Part shown: positions 62,301-64,000 of the stretch, in pieces
Layout of the letters: each line of letters begins with the position of its first letter
Numbering within the stretch: position 1 is the first letter of the stretch
Source of the DNA: Tubulanus polymorphus
Taxonomy: Eukaryota > Animalia > Nemertea
NCBI RefSeq assembly: GCF_964204645.1
Contig: NC_134025.1
Coordinates: 2,046,001-2,110,000, forward strand
Reading direction: 5' to 3'
Length of the DNA: 64,000 nucleotides
Notes under the pieces: generated by a model
What the model was told of the DNA's origin: nothing
What the model saw: only the letters and a program-made list of their open reading frames with translations
The model's database searches: none
Made by a program: the position numbers and the translations under genes

Positions 62301-64000
62301 GGGCCAACAACTGCAAGCATGTCTACTGGACCAACTAGCAGTTTCTCTACTGGACCTACGAGCAGTTTCTCTACCGGACCAACTAGCAGTTTCTCTACAG
62401 GATCAACAAGTAGTGTGTCTACTGGACCAACTAGTAGTTCCTCTACAGGATCAACAAGTAGTGTGTCTACTGGACCAACTAGCAGTTACTCAACCGGGCC
62501 AACTAGCAGTTTCTCCACTGGACCTACGAGCAGTTACTCTACTGGACCTACGAGCAGTTTCTCTACCGGACCAACTAGCAGTTTCTCGACAGGATCAACA
62601 AGTAGTGTGTCTACTGGACCAACTAGCAGTTATTCAACCGGGCCAACTAGCAGTTTCTCCACTGGACCTACGAGCAGTTACTCCACGGGACCAACTAGTA
62701 GTTTCTCTACTGGGCCAACAACTCCAAGCGTGTCTACTGGACCAACTAGCAGTTACTCATCTGGGCCAACTAGCAGTTTCTCCACTGGACCTACGAGCAG
62801 TTACTCTACTGGTCCAACTAGTAGTTTCTCTACTGGGCCAACAACTGCAAGCATGTCTACTGGACCAACTAGCAGTTTCTCTACTGGACCTACGAGCAGT
62901 TTCTCTACCGGACCAACTAGCAGTTTCTCTACCGGGCCAACTAGCAGTTTCTCGACAGGGTCAACAAGTAGTGTGTCTACTGGACCAACTAGCAGTTACT
63001 CAACCGGGCCAACTAGCAGTTTCTCCACTGGACCTACGAGCAGTTACTCTACTGGACCTACGAGCAGTTTCTCTACCGGACCAACTAGCAGTTTCTCTAC
63101 CGGACCAACTAGCAGTTTCTCGACAGGATCAACAAGTAGTGTGTCTACTGGACCAACTAGCAGTTACTCAACCGGGCCAACTAGCAGTTTCTCTACCGGG
63201 CCAACTAGCAGTTACTCTACTGGACCTACGAGCAGTTTCTCTACCGGACCAACTAGCAGTTTCTCGACAGGATCAACAAGTAGTGTGTCTACTGGACCAA
63301 CTAGTAGTTTCTCTACTGGGCCAACAACTGCAAGCATGTCTACTGGACCAACTAGCAGTTTCTCTACAGGACCTACGAGCAGTTTCTCTACCGGACTAAC
63401 TAGCAGTTTCTCGACAGGATCAACCAGTAGTGTATCTACTGGACCAACTAGCAGTTTCTCCACTGGACCTACGAGCAGTTACTCTACTGGACCAACTAGT
63501 AGTATCTCTACTGGGCCAACAACTCCAAGCATGTCTACTGGATCAATGAGTAGTGTCTCCACCGGACCAACTAGCAGTTTCTCTACCGGGCCAACTAGCA
63601 GTTTCTCCACTGGACCTACGAGCAGTTTCTCTACCGGGCCAACAACTGCAAGCATGTCTACTGGACCAACTAGCAGTTTCTCTACAGGACCTACGAGCAG
63701 TTTCTCTACCGGACCAACTAGCAGTTTCTCTACTGGGCCAACAACTTCAAGCATGTCTACTGGACCAACTAGCAGTTTCTCTACTGGACCTACGAGCAGT
63801 TTCTCTACCGGACCAACTAGCAGTTTCTCTACCGGGCCAACTAGCAGTTTCTCGACAGGATCAACAAGTAGTGTGTCTACTGGACCAACTAGCAGTTACT
63901 CAACCGGACCAACTAGCAGTTTCTCTACCGGACCAACTAGCAGTTTCTCGACAGGATCAACAAGTAGTGTATCTACTGGACCAACTAGCAGTTACTCAAC
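59335..64000 (+). CDS. Giant mucin PTS exon 4, 3'-partial (STGPTSSF/Y repeats)
   Basis: tcttcag|AA at 59335; same frame at the start and at the window end; absent from the ORF track, presumably because no stop is reached. Confidence 0.8.
59337..64000 (+). repeat. Coding minisatellite, mostly 24-bp units
   Basis: Directly visible tandem array. Confidence 0.95.

Larger units (their letters stand above)
1..64000 (+). other. Internal part of a giant multi-exon mucin-like gene (PTS repeats + F5/8 type C-like + LDLa domains), open at both window ends
   Basis: Chain of GT-AG exons with compatible phases from position 1 to 64000; Thr/Pro/Ser-rich tandem repeats alternate with Cys-containing domain exons. 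Confidence 0.85.

Noticed and set aside
47435-63754. LLVGPVEK (minus strand) and LLDQLAVS (shifted + frame) ORFs
   Set aside because: Alternative-frame readings of the STGPT repeats; they are fragmented by stops, whereas the Ser/Thr frame is continuous and splice-compatible.
1-64000. Assigning a gene symbol (MUC2/MUC5AC, SSPO, hemolectin)
   Set aside because: No VWD, TIL, TSP1 or CysD domains are visible in the window; orthology cannot be established from this sequence.

Overview
This window is eukaryotic, intron-rich, AT-rich DNA, most likely from an invertebrate animal (inferred from the short GT-AG introns and the LDLa/discoidin/mucin architecture). The whole window reads as the interior of ONE giant + strand gene whose start and stop lie outside the window. 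I traced about 54 exons with canonical GT-AG boundaries and mutually compatible phases, about 51.8 kb of coding sequence (~17,000 aa). The product is a mucin-like extracellular glycoprotein with four giant Pro/Thr/Ser-repeat exons: 13.1 kb and 15.9 kb of TQPPVTPGV 27-mers, then 9.8 kb and >4.6 kb of [17 protein letters not shown] repeats. These are separated by globular cassettes of divergent F5/8 type C (discoidin)-like domains and LDL-receptor class A modules. A ~2.9 kb nine-exon cassette is tandemly quadruplicated almost identically, introns included. Also seen: 21-nt microexons that supply the last LDLa cysteine, apparently de-exonised mucin repeats, a truncated duplicate exon, a candidate alternative terminal exon and a palindromic MITE-like intronic element. 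The long W/C-rich and LLVGPVE/LLDQL ORFs in the track are shadow frames of the repeats. Exon calls were made by eye without transcript data.
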